Of a stretch of 64,000 nucleotides of DNA, positions 32,695-41,670 are shown piece by piece (the first letter of the stretch is position 1; every line of letters begins with the position of its first letter). A program made the translations under genes and the position numbers. The stretch is from an uncultured Gammaproteobacteria bacterium. GTDB taxonomy: Bacteria; Patescibacteriota; Microgenomatia; Levybacterales; UBA12049. The notes below the pieces were generated by a model. That model worked only from the letters and a program-made list of their open reading frames with translations. It did no database searches and was not told the origin of the DNA. The stretch lies in assembly GCA_964537895.1 (NCBI GenBank), contig CAZIDK010000001.1, forward strand, positions 51,229 to 115,228, written 5' to 3'.

Positions 32695-32787
32695 TTAGTC
32701 TAATTATACAGCTTTTCTGCTCCTCCTTCGCACCAGGCTTCAGCGGACAGGTATAATTTATGGTTTTAGCCTGCTATAATAAATATA

Positions 32788-34671
32788 ATGTTGACTGCTA
32801 AAGAAATTATTGACATCTACATTAGTTTTTTTGAAAAGCGGGGACATAAGAGGATTGCTAATTCCCCTCTTGTTCCGGAAAATGACCCAACAACTCTTTT
32901 TACTTCTAGTGGGATGCAGCCTTTAATCCAATATTTATTGGGAGAACAACATCCTCAAGGAACACGTCTTGTAAACGTCCAGAATAGCTTTAGAGCGCAG
33001 GATATAGAGGAAGTCGGAGATAACCGCCACACAACTTTTTTTCGGATGCTTGGCAACTGGAGTTTAGGCGATTACTTCAAGAGTGAGGAAATCCCCTGGC
33101 TTTGGGAATTTTTAACTGTTGAACTCGGACTGCCAAAAGAAAAATTATTTATTACGGTTTTCAAGGGAGACGGGAATGTGGGATTTGATAATGAAAGTGA
33201 AGAGATTTGGAAAGAAGTGTTACTAAAATCCTTCGGCGTTGCTCAGGATCATAGAATTTTTAAAGGAGACGTTTCTATGAATTGGTGGTCTAGAAGCGGA
33301 GTGCCGGATAATATGCCAGTTGGTGAACCCGGTGGGCCGGATAGCGAAGTATATTTTAGATTTGATGATGTAGAACACGCAAAAGAATGCAAAGATAATC
33401 CTGTTGAGTGTGAATGCGGAAAGTTTTTGGAAATTGCCAATGCCGTTTTTATGCAATACATAAAAACGGAAAAGGGATTTGAAGAGCTTCCAAAAAAAAA
33501 TGTAGATTTTGGCGGAGGTTTGGAAAGATTATTGGCCGCTGTTGAAAATAAAAGCGATATGTTCGAGACTTCCCTTTTTACGCCAATTATAAAAGCTATT
33601 GAGCAAGAGTCGGGCAAAAAATATCAAGAACATAAAAAAGAGATGCAAATTATAAGCGACCACTTTGCAGGAAGTTTATTTATTGCCGCAAATGGAATTA
33701 CTCCTTCAAAAACCGAACAGGGATATATTTTAAGAAGACTTTTAAGACGCGCCTTTGACAATTTTAAAAAGCTCGGAGGAACCCATTCGGCAGGCTCAGG
33801 GCAAGCAAACATAGAAAAAGTTTTAGAAAAAATAGTTGAGCAGTATTCTGTAACTGATGAAATTCTAAAAGACAAATATGAAGAAATAAAATTTGTAATT
33901 TTAGAAGAGAAACAAGGATACGAAAAAACAGTTACAAGAGCGATAAGAATTGTAGATGAAATTCATGTTTCCGAGGGTTCAAACGTAGGAATGGAAATAA
34001 AAAATATTTCGGCGGATGATGCTTTTAAAATGTATACAACTCACGGACTTTCCCCAACCCAAATAAAAAGTTTAGGATATAGTTTTGATGAGCAGGAATT
34101 TGCAAATAAAATGGAGGGACATCAAAAGCTATCAAGAGCAGGTGCTTCTCAGAAATTCAAAGGCGGATTGGCAGACACAAGTGAACAAACAATCATGGGG
34201 CATACCGCTACCCATTTACTGCACCAGGCACTAAGAGATGTTTTGGGAAATAAGCTTCACCAAACAGGCAGTAATATTACAACGCAGCGTGTAAGATTTG
34301 ATTTTAATTATGATAAGTCTTTGACCAAAGAGGAATTGAAAAAAGTCGAAGATATTGTTAATAAGAAGATTGAGGAGAATTTGTCTGTGCATTTTGAAAT
34401 AATGCCTTTGCAAAAAGCAAAAGACTTGGGTGCAGTCGGACTTTTTGATGAAAAGTATGCCAAAGATGTAAAAGTGTATTTTATAGGAAGCCCTTCGACG
34501 GGTGGTTCGATTGATCACTCACCACGCGTTCATATGCAAGCATATTCACGCGAATTCTGCGGGGGACCGCATGTTGATTTTACAGGTAAGCTTAAAAGGT
34601 TTAAAATAATAAAGCAGGACAATGTCGGACATGGACAAAGACGGATTTACGCCGTAGTTAATAATAAATAA
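32788..34671 (+). CDS. alaS: Alanine--tRNA ligase, short form lacking the C-terminal C-Ala domain
   Basis: N-terminal catalytic-domain homology (FFRMLGNWSLGDYFK). Editing-domain zinc motifs HTATHLLH and CGGPHV. 627 aa, against about 875 aa in typical bacteria. TATAAT is 6 nt upstream of the ATG. Confidence 0.9.
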   Translation: MLTAKEIIDIYISFFEKRGHKRIANSPLVPENDPTTLFTSSGMQPLIQYLLGEQHPQGTRLVNVQNSFRAQDIEEVGDNRHTTFFRMLGNWSLGDYFKSEEIPWLWEFLTVELGLPKEKLFITVFKGDGNVGFDNESEEIWKEVLLKSFGVAQDHRIFKGDVSMNWWSRSGVPDNMPVGEPGGPDSEVYFRFDDVEHAKECKDNPVECECGKFLEIANAVFMQYIKTEKGFEELPKKNVDFGGGLERLLAAVENKSDMFETSLFTPIIKAIEQESGKKYQEHKKEMQIISDHFAGSLFIAANGITPSKTEQGYILRRLLRRAFDNFKKLGGTHSAGSGQANIEKVLEKIVEQYSVTDEILKDKYEEIKFVILEEKQGYEKTVTRAIRIVDEIHVSEGSNVGMEIKNISADDAFKMYTTHGLSPTQIKSLGYSFDEQEFANKMEGHQKLSRAGASQKFKGGLADTSEQTIMGHTATHLLHQALRDVLGNKLHQTGSNITTQRVRFDFNYDKSLTKEELKKVEDIVNKKIEENLSVHFEIMPLQKAKDLGAVGLFDEKYAKDVKVYFIGSPSTGGSIDHSPRVHMQAYSREFCGGPHVDFTGKLKRFKIIKQDNVGHGQRRIYAVVNNK

Positions 34672-34672
34672 T

Positions 34673-37012
34673 ATGAATTTACCCACGCTGCCATTTTTAG
34701 AAAAAAAAGAAAAACCCGAATATTTTCTGGCACTAATCCTCCGAAACGAGAAAGCAAATGCCGTAATCCTTGAACAAATTGCCGGAAAACTGCGGATTGT
34801 CGCAAAACACGAAGAACTTTTTGAAGATTCGGTTGAAATGGCTACAACGGAGGACTTTTTAAACGTTTTGGATAAAGCAATTTCGGGGGTAGAAGAAGCT
34901 TTGCCTGCAAATGTTGAAACGGAGAAAACAATTTTCGGACTAAAAGAGGCCTGGATACAGGATAATAAAATAAAACAGCAGTATCTTGACAAACTTAAAC
35001 ACGCCTGCAAAGAATTAGCTCTTACTCCAATCGGATTTTTAGTTCTTAACGAGGCAATTATCAGCCTTATACAAAAAGACGAAGGCGCGCCTATTACCGC
35101 ACTTTTAGCCGAAATAGGAAAAAAGCACATTACGGTTTCTTTTGTTAAGGCCGGAAAGATTTTGGAAAGCAAAAGCTCGGAAATCCACCAATCGGCTTCT
35201 TACACCGTTGATACTCTTTTAAAACACTTTGAATCTCCGGAAATTTTACCATCCCGGCTTATCGTTTTTGACGCAGAAGATTCTCTTGTGCAGGAATTTA
35301 TAAGCCACCAATGGAGTAAAAGTCTGCCGTTTTTGCATTTACCCCAAATTGTCAGTCTTAATTTAAACTTTGATGCAAACGCCATGCTTTTTGGAGCCGC
35401 TTCGCAAATGGGACTTGGAGTTATTCAGGGATTTAGCAATAAAAAAACACTTGGAGAAGAGATTCCCGAATTTGGACCCAAAGAATTTTCTGCCGAAACA
35501 ATTGAGAAAGTAATACCGAAAGAAGATATAGTTACGGAACAAATAACCGAAGCGGCTCCTAAAACGGATAACGATATCGAACAATTGGATGACGCTGTTG
35601 CTTCGGAATTCTTTGGCTTTGTAACTAACGAAGACATTGCCAAAATACCTATTCCTCCAAAAGAAGAAATCAAAAAAGAAAGTATTGAGATTCCGGAAGT
35701 TGCAGAGGAAATTGAACAAATTCCGGAAAATATAATGCTTACGCAGGAAGAACAATTGGTTCCTGTAAAGACAATGATGGTTTGGCCGAAATTAAAATCC
35801 GTTTTGGAAAAAATTCTAAATATCGGAAAAAAGGGTCTCTTAAAAAAGACGCTTTCTTTACCCTTGATAAATGTTAGAGGGAAAAAGGCTATTTTTGTTC
35901 CGATTGCAATTGCTACATTACTCATTATCGGTTTTTTTCAGTTTTTCTTCGATTCCAGCGCAACCGTTACCCTGAATGTTAAGCCCGATATTTCGGAAAA
36001 AAACCAAAGCGTAACATTTTCTACATCTTCCCCAACCGACATTAAAAATAATGTTATTGCGGCTGAGTTTGTTACGGTTGACGAGGAGGGTACCAGCCAA
36101 ACAGCGGCAACGGGAGAAAAAGCAATTGGAGACAAAGCAAAAGGAACCGTGACAATATTTAGCCAGCTTTCCGATTCGCAAAATTTAGCCAAAGGAACTG
36201 TTATAAAATCCCCCAGCGGATTAAGTTTTACTCTTGATAGTACGGTTACGATAAATTCGGTCGGCTCGCGTTCCGCAGACCAACCGGTTACTCCAAGCAC
36301 CGTTAATGTAAACGTAACGGCTGCTGATATCGGGAAAGAATCCAATCTTCCTTCCGGAACAAAGTTTGGCATAGCAGGTTTTTCTACGGCTGACTTAGTA
36401 GCCAAAAACGACAATCCTTTTTCAGGAGGAACAAAAAAAGAAATAACCGTTGTTTCCGAAGATGATGTCGCCAAGCTTTTGGCCGATCTGCCTAAAAAAC
36501 TTGCAGACAAAGCCAAAGCCGATTTGACGGGAAAACTTTCACAAGATAAAGCTTTGCTTCCTAATTTTGTTTCCGAGAATGTTGATAAACAAGACTTTGA
36601 TAAAAACGTGGGAGACCAGGCAAGCAAAGTAACGCTAACCGGAACCGTTACTTATCAAGGTGTTTCTTACAATAAAAACGACATTGTCGACTTAGCTCTT
36701 AATCTTTTTAATTCGAAAGATATAACCATAAATAAAGACAATTTAAATGTAAACTTTAAAGACATTAAAGCAAAAGACAAAGAAGTTAATGCAAATCTTA
36801 ATATACAAGCGCTTCTTCTGCCAAAAGTCGATGACGGCACGCTGACCCGGCAAATCGCCGGACAATCTGTTGCCAAAGCGCAGAATGTCCTTTCGGACCT
36901 TTCTAATGTTTCCAGCGTTAACATCTCTATTTTTCCAAGCTTACCGCTTGTATCAAAAAATCTGCCTAAGAATTCAAAGAATATAAAAATCGTGATAAAA
37001 CTTAATGGGTAA
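34673..37012 (+). CDS. Large membrane protein; possible N-terminal FtsA/PilM-like actin fold
   Basis: 779 aa; starts 2 nt after alaS. A single TM segment around aa 410-430, then a Ser/Thr-rich extracytoplasmic region. The N-terminal resemblance to PilM/FtsA is weak and unverified. Confidence 0.45.
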   Translation: MNLPTLPFLEKKEKPEYFLALILRNEKANAVILEQIAGKLRIVAKHEELFEDSVEMATTEDFLNVLDKAISGVEEALPANVETEKTIFGLKEAWIQDNKIKQQYLDKLKHACKELALTPIGFLVLNEAIISLIQKDEGAPITALLAEIGKKHITVSFVKAGKILESKSSEIHQSASYTVDTLLKHFESPEILPSRLIVFDAEDSLVQEFISHQWSKSLPFLHLPQIVSLNLNFDANAMLFGAASQMGLGVIQGFSNKKTLGEEIPEFGPKEFSAETIEKVIPKEDIVTEQITEAAPKTDNDIEQLDDAVASEFFGFVTNEDIAKIPIPPKEEIKKESIEIPEVAEEIEQIPENIMLTQEEQLVPVKTMMVWPKLKSVLEKILNIGKKGLLKKTLSLPLINVRGKKAIFVPIAIATLLIIGFFQFFFDSSATVTLNVKPDISEKNQSVTFSTSSPTDIKNNVIAAEFVTVDEEGTSQTAATGEKAIGDKAKGTVTIFSQLSDSQNLAKGTVIKSPSGLSFTLDSTVTINSVGSRSADQPVTPSTVNVNVTAADIGKESNLPSGTKFGIAGFSTADLVAKNDNPFSGGTKKEITVVSEDDVAKLLADLPKKLADKAKADLTGKLSQDKALLPNFVSENVDKQDFDKNVGDQASKVTLTGTVTYQGVSYNKNDIVDLALNLFNSKDITINKDNLNVNFKDIKAKDKEVNANLNIQALLLPKVDDGTLTRQIAGQSVAKAQNVLSDLSNVSSVNISIFPSLPLVSKNLPKNSKNIKIVIKLNG

Positions 37013-37730
37013 ATATTACTACAAAAAGGCCGGGGGAAAAATTAAAAAAACTGCCCGCTTATTAAGCCTCCTAATAGTAATTTTAGGAATCAGTATCGGC
37101 GGGTATATTTTTTTTCCGCTTTTGTCCTGGCAAATTTATTTCGCTCCGGCTCTTGCATCGCAAGATATTGCGGTTCCAATCCCACAAACAAATCTTGTAA
37201 ATAGCGCTACCATAGGAAGTCTTATTTCGGAAGCCGGCAACAGCTTAACGGGTGTTGACTATACCAACGCAAACAATTGGTTTCCAAATTTTAAATTTCA
37301 AAAAGTAAAACCGAAAATAGATACTTACACGATGTCTATTCCAAAACTTAATATAAAAGATGCCGTAGTTTCGGCAACCAGTAATGATCTTGCTAAGCAC
37401 TTGGTTAATTTTGGCGGTACCGCACTGCCTCCGGACAAAGGCAATGCCGTAGTTTTCGGGCACTCTACCCTTCCGCAGCTGTTTGACCCAAAAAATTATA
37501 AAACTATATTTGCCACAGCTTACAGACTTAAAGTTGGAGACGAGTTATTTACTAATGTTTCCGGAGTAACTTACAAATACAGAATTTATAATATTACCGT
37601 CGTAAACCCTGATGATACATCTGTTTTAGAACAGGACTACTCCGACAGTTTCTTAACTCTTGTAACCTGCACTCCTCCGGGAACAACCTGGAAAAGACTG
37701 ATTATAAAATCAAGATTGGAAGCAATATAG
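37005..37730 (+). CDS. Sortase family transpeptidase
   Basis: N-terminal TM anchor; conserved LVTCTP (TLxTC catalytic cysteine motif) and a catalytic His context (VFGHST). 8-nt overlap with the upstream gene. Confidence 0.7.
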   Translation: MGKYYYKKAGGKIKKTARLLSLLIVILGISIGGYIFFPLLSWQIYFAPALASQDIAVPIPQTNLVNSATIGSLISEAGNSLTGVDYTNANNWFPNFKFQKVKPKIDTYTMSIPKLNIKDAVVSATSNDLAKHLVNFGGTALPPDKGNAVVFGHSTLPQLFDPKNYKTIFATAYRLKVGDELFTNVSGVTYKYRIYNITVVNPDDTSVLEQDYSDSFLTLVTCTPPGTTWKRLIIKSRLEAI

Positions 37731-37878
37731 CTTATGGAAAAAAACAGAGTTAAAATATTTCTTATTCAGATTTGGCCGGCTGTTTATAAAATTATAAATC
37801 GCATATTTTACTTTTTAATTACTTTAATAAAAAGCACCGTTTCTCTGGCAATTAAACAGATACGAGACCTCTAAAATT

Positions 37879-39150
37879 ATGGACGAAAAAAATCTTGCGG
37901 TAAACGCGATAAGGAAAAAATTAATTGGAAAAAGATTAAACTACAAAGAAATTTACGCAATAATGGATCAGATTTCCAAGGAGAAATTTGGAGACGTTTT
38001 AACCACCTATTTTGCCGCATCGGGTTATTCCAAAGGATTTACAAACGAAGAGCTTTTTTTCTTAACCCGCGCCATGGTAAAAACAGGTGAACAGCTTCAT
38101 TTTAAAGGAATTGTTGCGGATAAACATTCTATTGGCGGGGTCCCCGGCACTCGCACTACTCCGATTGTAGTTTCCATTGTTGCCGCCGCAGGATTTAAAA
38201 TTCCCAAAAGTTCATCTCGGGCGATAACAACCCCCGACGGTACGGCGGACGACATGGAAATTTTAGCACCCGTTGATTTAACCAAGGAACAAATTTATAA
38301 AGTCGTTGAGAAAACCAACGGATGTATTGTCTGGGGAGGAAGTTTTAATATCGCTCCGGCAGACGACATATTAATTCAAGTCGAAAGGCCATTGCTTTTT
38401 GAAAGCTACGATAAAATTTTGGTTTCGATTATGGCCAAAAAAGTGGCTTTCGGATCAAACCATGTAGTTATTGATTTACCATATGGTGCAATGGTAAAAG
38501 TACATAGTTTAAAAGACGCGGAAATTTTAAAAGATAAATTTATATTCCTGGCAAAAAAATTCAAAATGAAAATTAAAGTTTTGATACATAAAACCGACGA
38601 GCCTGCGGGAAGAGGAATCGGACCGGTTTTGGAAATGCGGGAATCGCTAAGGGTCCTCCAGCAAAAAAGCGACCGCCCTCTTGATCTTGAAGTAAGAAGT
38701 ATTAACTTGGCCGGAACTCTTTTGGATTTATGCATTAAAGATTCATCTGAAAAATTTAAAACAGACGTAAAGAAAAATTACGGGAACGCCTTTGGCTTTG
38801 CAACGGCACTTTTACAAAGCGGTCAGGCTTTTGAAAAATTTAAAGACATAGTAATAGCCCAAGGCGGAAACTCAAACATAGACAGTGAGAAGTTAAAAAC
38901 CGGTAAATATTCTTATGCTGTAAAAGCCGAAAAAAACGGAGAGATTAAAGGCCTTAACAGTAAAAATATTACTGCTATTGCAAGAATACTCGGAGCTCCA
39001 ATGCAAAAAGGCGCGGGAATATATTTAAATAAAAAACTTCATGATAAAACAAAGAAAAATGAGACTCTATGTACAATTTACAGCGAAAATGTGTATAATC
39101 TAAAGGAAGGTAGGGACTCCTTGGTAAACTTTCCTATCTTTAATTATTAG
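37879..39150 (+). CDS. Thymidine phosphorylase family protein (pyrimidine-nucleoside / AMP phosphorylase-like)
   Basis: DKHSIGGVPGTRTT matches the KHSTGGVGD phosphate-binding signature. 423 aa. Confidence 0.75.
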   Translation: MDEKNLAVNAIRKKLIGKRLNYKEIYAIMDQISKEKFGDVLTTYFAASGYSKGFTNEELFFLTRAMVKTGEQLHFKGIVADKHSIGGVPGTRTTPIVVSIVAAAGFKIPKSSSRAITTPDGTADDMEILAPVDLTKEQIYKVVEKTNGCIVWGGSFNIAPADDILIQVERPLLFESYDKILVSIMAKKVAFGSNHVVIDLPYGAMVKVHSLKDAEILKDKFIFLAKKFKMKIKVLIHKTDEPAGRGIGPVLEMRESLRVLQQKSDRPLDLEVRSINLAGTLLDLCIKDSSEKFKTDVKKNYGNAFGFATALLQSGQAFEKFKDIVIAQGGNSNIDSEKLKTGKYSYAVKAEKNGEIKGLNSKNITAIARILGAPMQKGAGIYLNKKLHDKTKKNETLCTIYSENVYNLKEGRDSLVNFPIFNY

Positions 39151-39262
39151 TATGACCCATTCGGGGCTTCGACTGAGCTCAGCCGAATGTCCAAACTCAG
39201 GCCTTCGGCTCTGAGGCTCAGGCTCGAAGAGATTCTGAGTAAATCGAAGAATGAGGAAATCG
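39151..39262. repeat. REP/MITE-like repeat, copy E (inverted orientation of the ccgaaggcctgag units)
   Basis: Contains ctcaggccttcggctctgag, the reverse complement of the unit in copies D and F, plus the local palindrome gactgagctcagcc. Confidence 0.55.
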
Positions 39263-39267
39263 AATCT

Positions 39268-40215
39268 ATGAGAAAATTAATTATTGTAGTTGGAATATTA
39301 CTGATTGGAGCCGCCGTAACGACGTTTTGGTGGAGAAACGGACTTTTGCCCGCAACTCCGGACAAAACCCCGACAATATTTGTAGTTAGACAAGGCGAAG
39401 GAGTAAGGGAAATTGCCAATCGTTTAAAATCGCAAGGCCTTATCCGCGACCAGATTGTGTTTTTTCTATTTACCAGATTTCAGGGCTTAGATAAGCAAAT
39501 TCAAGCCGGGGACTTCCGCATAAATCCGTCCATGACAACTCCGGAAATAGCCAATAATTTAACTCATGGAACTTTGGATATTTGGGTAACAATTCCCGAA
39601 GGACAAAGAGCCGAAGAAATTGCAGATACTCTGAAAGAAAAAATGCCCGGTTTCAAAGAATCTTGGAGACAGGCGCTGGTTGAAAATGAAGGCTATCTTT
39701 TTCCCGATACTTATCTTATTCCAAGAGATGCCGATATAAATTTTATAATCTCTCTTTTAAAAAATAACTTTACAAACAAATATTCAACGCTTGGCACTTC
39801 GCAAAACGGATTAACTCAAAATCAAGTTGTAATTGTCGCTTCGATGGTAGAAAGAGAAGCAAAAAATGAACAGGATAGACCGTTAGTTGCCGGTGTTATA
39901 TTAAATAGATTCGATATTGGCATGAAACTTGATATTGATGCAACCATCCAGTATGCAAAGGGGAAAACAGACGGTATATGGTGGTCGATTGTTACGCCTT
40001 CCGACATAAAAGAGATAGATTCTCCTTATAACACCTATAAAAACGCCGGTTTACCTCCAACTCCAATTTCCAATCCCGGATTGGCAAGTTTGAATGCTGT
40101 AATAAACCCCGCAAAAACCAACTATCTTTTCTATATAACCGATAGTAAGGGAATAAATCATTACGCGGAAACCATAGATCAGCACAACGAGAATATCAGA
40201 AAATTCGGATTATAA
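39268..40215 (+). CDS. mltG: Endolytic murein transglycosylase MltG (YceG-like)
   Basis: N-terminal TM helix; EGYLFPDTY, ASMVEREA and LPPTPISNPG motifs. Start moved to 39268, with GAGGA 9 nt upstream. The ORF-track extension covers repeat copy E. Confidence 0.8.
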   Translation: MRKLIIVVGILLIGAAVTTFWWRNGLLPATPDKTPTIFVVRQGEGVREIANRLKSQGLIRDQIVFFLFTRFQGLDKQIQAGDFRINPSMTTPEIANNLTHGTLDIWVTIPEGQRAEEIADTLKEKMPGFKESWRQALVENEGYLFPDTYLIPRDADINFIISLLKNNFTNKYSTLGTSQNGLTQNQVVIVASMVEREAKNEQDRPLVAGVILNRFDIGMKLDIDATIQYAKGKTDGIWWSIVTPSDIKEIDSPYNTYKNAGLPPTPISNPGLASLNAVINPAKTNYLFYITDSKGINHYAETIDQHNENIRKFGL

Positions 40216-40220
40216 ATTTC

Positions 40221-40526
40221 TTATCCTGAAGATTTTTTGAAAAATCTTTTTTTAGAGGCTACTTTTACTTCTTCAGGCACTTCTTCTTTTAACTCTCCAT
40301 TTGTCGGTTTGTGATTGGCAGAAGCTTCTTGTGCTTTTTCCAAAGGCTCATCTTCGTATTCACCTAAATCAACTTCTTCCAAAATTTCCGTTAACCCTTC
40401 CAAGCCTTGTTCGGAAAACTTTTTAAGAAGCGCTTTACCCGTTTTTGTTCCGAACAAAAAAACAGCACCTCCGCCTATTATTAAGCCTAAGATAAATCCG
40501 TTGGAAAATCTGCTGTTGTTATTCAT
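40221..40526 (-). CDS. YtxH-like small membrane protein
   Basis: N-terminal TM helix (GFILGLIIGGGAVFLF) followed by a charged helical region. Confidence 0.45.
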   Translation of the reverse strand: MNNNSRFSNGFILGLIIGGGAVFLFGTKTGKALLKKFSEQGLEGLTEILEEVDLGEYEDEPLEKAQEASANHKPTNGELKEEVPEEVKVASKKRFFKKSSG

Positions 40527-40534
40527 AATTTAAT

Positions 40535-40804
40535 TTATTGTTTTGAAGACTTTTTCTTTTTTAAATTTAAAATACCTGCCAGGGTTGCGCCGGTTTTTAA
40601 TCCCATTGCCAATGTTGATAAAGTTGCTATTGGCCCGGAAACACTTTCGGTTATGACTCCCGTATCGTCTAAAACTTTGTTTGCTTTTGCAACTGTTTGC
40701 CTTAACTCTCTGAGGATAAAAAATACCTGAATTCCAAGCACCAGAAGTAAAATAGTTAGAATTATAATTACCAAAAAAAGTACTGTTTGGGCAGGGTCTA
40801 TCAT
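40535..40804 (-). CDS. DUF948-like small membrane protein
   Basis: N-terminal TM helix then a helical region; a common partner of YtxH-like genes. Confidence 0.4.
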   Translation of the reverse strand: MIDPAQTVLFLVIIILTILLLVLGIQVFFILRELRQTVAKANKVLDDTGVITESVSGPIATLSTLAMGLKTGATLAGILNLKKKKSSKQ

Positions 40805-40835
40805 AGTATAGATACGTTAACTCAATTGTTAATTT

Positions 40836-41015
40836 ATGTCAAGCCCCGATTATAATCTGGGCGCAGACCCTGAGTGTTACAATCTCTTCGAGCTCCTCGA
40901 GTCTGAGCCTCGGCGTCGAAGACCTGAGCGGTTCGACTGAGCTCACCGTCGAAGTCCTCAGAGCCGATGGCCTGAGCGAAGTCGAAGGAAAATCGAACGG
41001 GTCAAGAGTCAGATT
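40836..41015. repeat. REP/MITE-like repeat, copy F (longest; bounded by gtcaag motifs)
   Basis: Contains all family modules, including the exact 45-nt match to copy D (40884-40928). Both ends share gggtcaag. Confidence 0.7.
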
Positions 41016-41643
41016 TAATTTCCAGGTTTCTTTTTAAGATTGTTTCCTTACCAAATCTATTTACTACTCTAATTATAATTGTTGTTTTCCCCGGAAAAAC
41101 ATTAATAACTTTTGTAAAAGCTCCGTTGCTATCTACGGAAACGGAAAATTTATCAACAAAAACGGTGGCGTTGGGGTCTGTTTTTCCAATAACGGTAACA
41201 GCATTTGAAGAAATAACTGCATTTTCTGCGGGGGCTGATATATAAACCGAGGGGTTAACTAAAGCTCCCCTATATTGAAACAAAATATACCCTATTAGAG
41301 TTAAGCAAACTAAAAAAACTAAAAATAAAGTTTGTTTTGACTTAAATCTTGATAACGAAAGGTCTTTTGTTTTGGTAAAACCAAGAGGTAAAACTTTTAT
41401 TGCTTTTTCTTGGTCAAATTCTCTTCTGAAAAGCGCCAGGGTTTCCTTCTCGGGCAGATTAAGAAATCTTGCGTAATTCCGAACAAACCCTTGGGCATAA
41501 GTTACAGACGGAAGTTTTTCGTATTCTCCTTTTTCTATTGCCTCAAGAAAAGTAACTTTTATTTTTGTACTTTGGGAAACATTTTCCAAGGTTAAATTTT
41601 TTTGCAAACGTGCTTCCTGAAATTTTTGTCCAACCTTTATCAT
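41002..41643 (-). CDS. RodZ-like cytoskeleton protein (HTH + TM + C-terminal domain)
   Basis: N-terminal XRE-type HTH (LTLENVSQSTKIKVTFLEAIEKGEY), a central TM helix and a C-terminal beta-rich domain. Confidence 0.55.
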   Translation of the reverse strand: MIKVGQKFQEARLQKNLTLENVSQSTKIKVTFLEAIEKGEYEKLPSVTYAQGFVRNYARFLNLPEKETLALFRREFDQEKAIKVLPLGFTKTKDLSLSRFKSKQTLFLVFLVCLTLIGYILFQYRGALVNPSVYISAPAENAVISSNAVTVIGKTDPNATVFVDKFSVSVDSNGAFTKVINVFPGKTTIIIRVVNRFGKETILKRNLEIKSDS

Positions 41644-41670
41644 AAATAAATGAGGCTTTTGGATAATTTA

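Noticed and set aside
34546-36924. Minus-strand ORFs (208, 166, 229, 130 and 85 aa) opposite the 779-aa plus-strand gene
   Set aside because: They are fragmented, low-complexity (Ser/Phe-rich) and mutually overlapping. The plus-strand ORF is one uninterrupted frame that starts 2 nt after alaS and overlaps the sortase start, so it is the coherent gene model.
39187-39267. ORF-track start of mltG at 39187
   Set aside because: The first 27 codons are encoded by REP-like repeat copy E. The ATG at 39268 has a GAGGA Shine-Dalgarno 9 nt upstream and begins the expected N-terminal TM helix.
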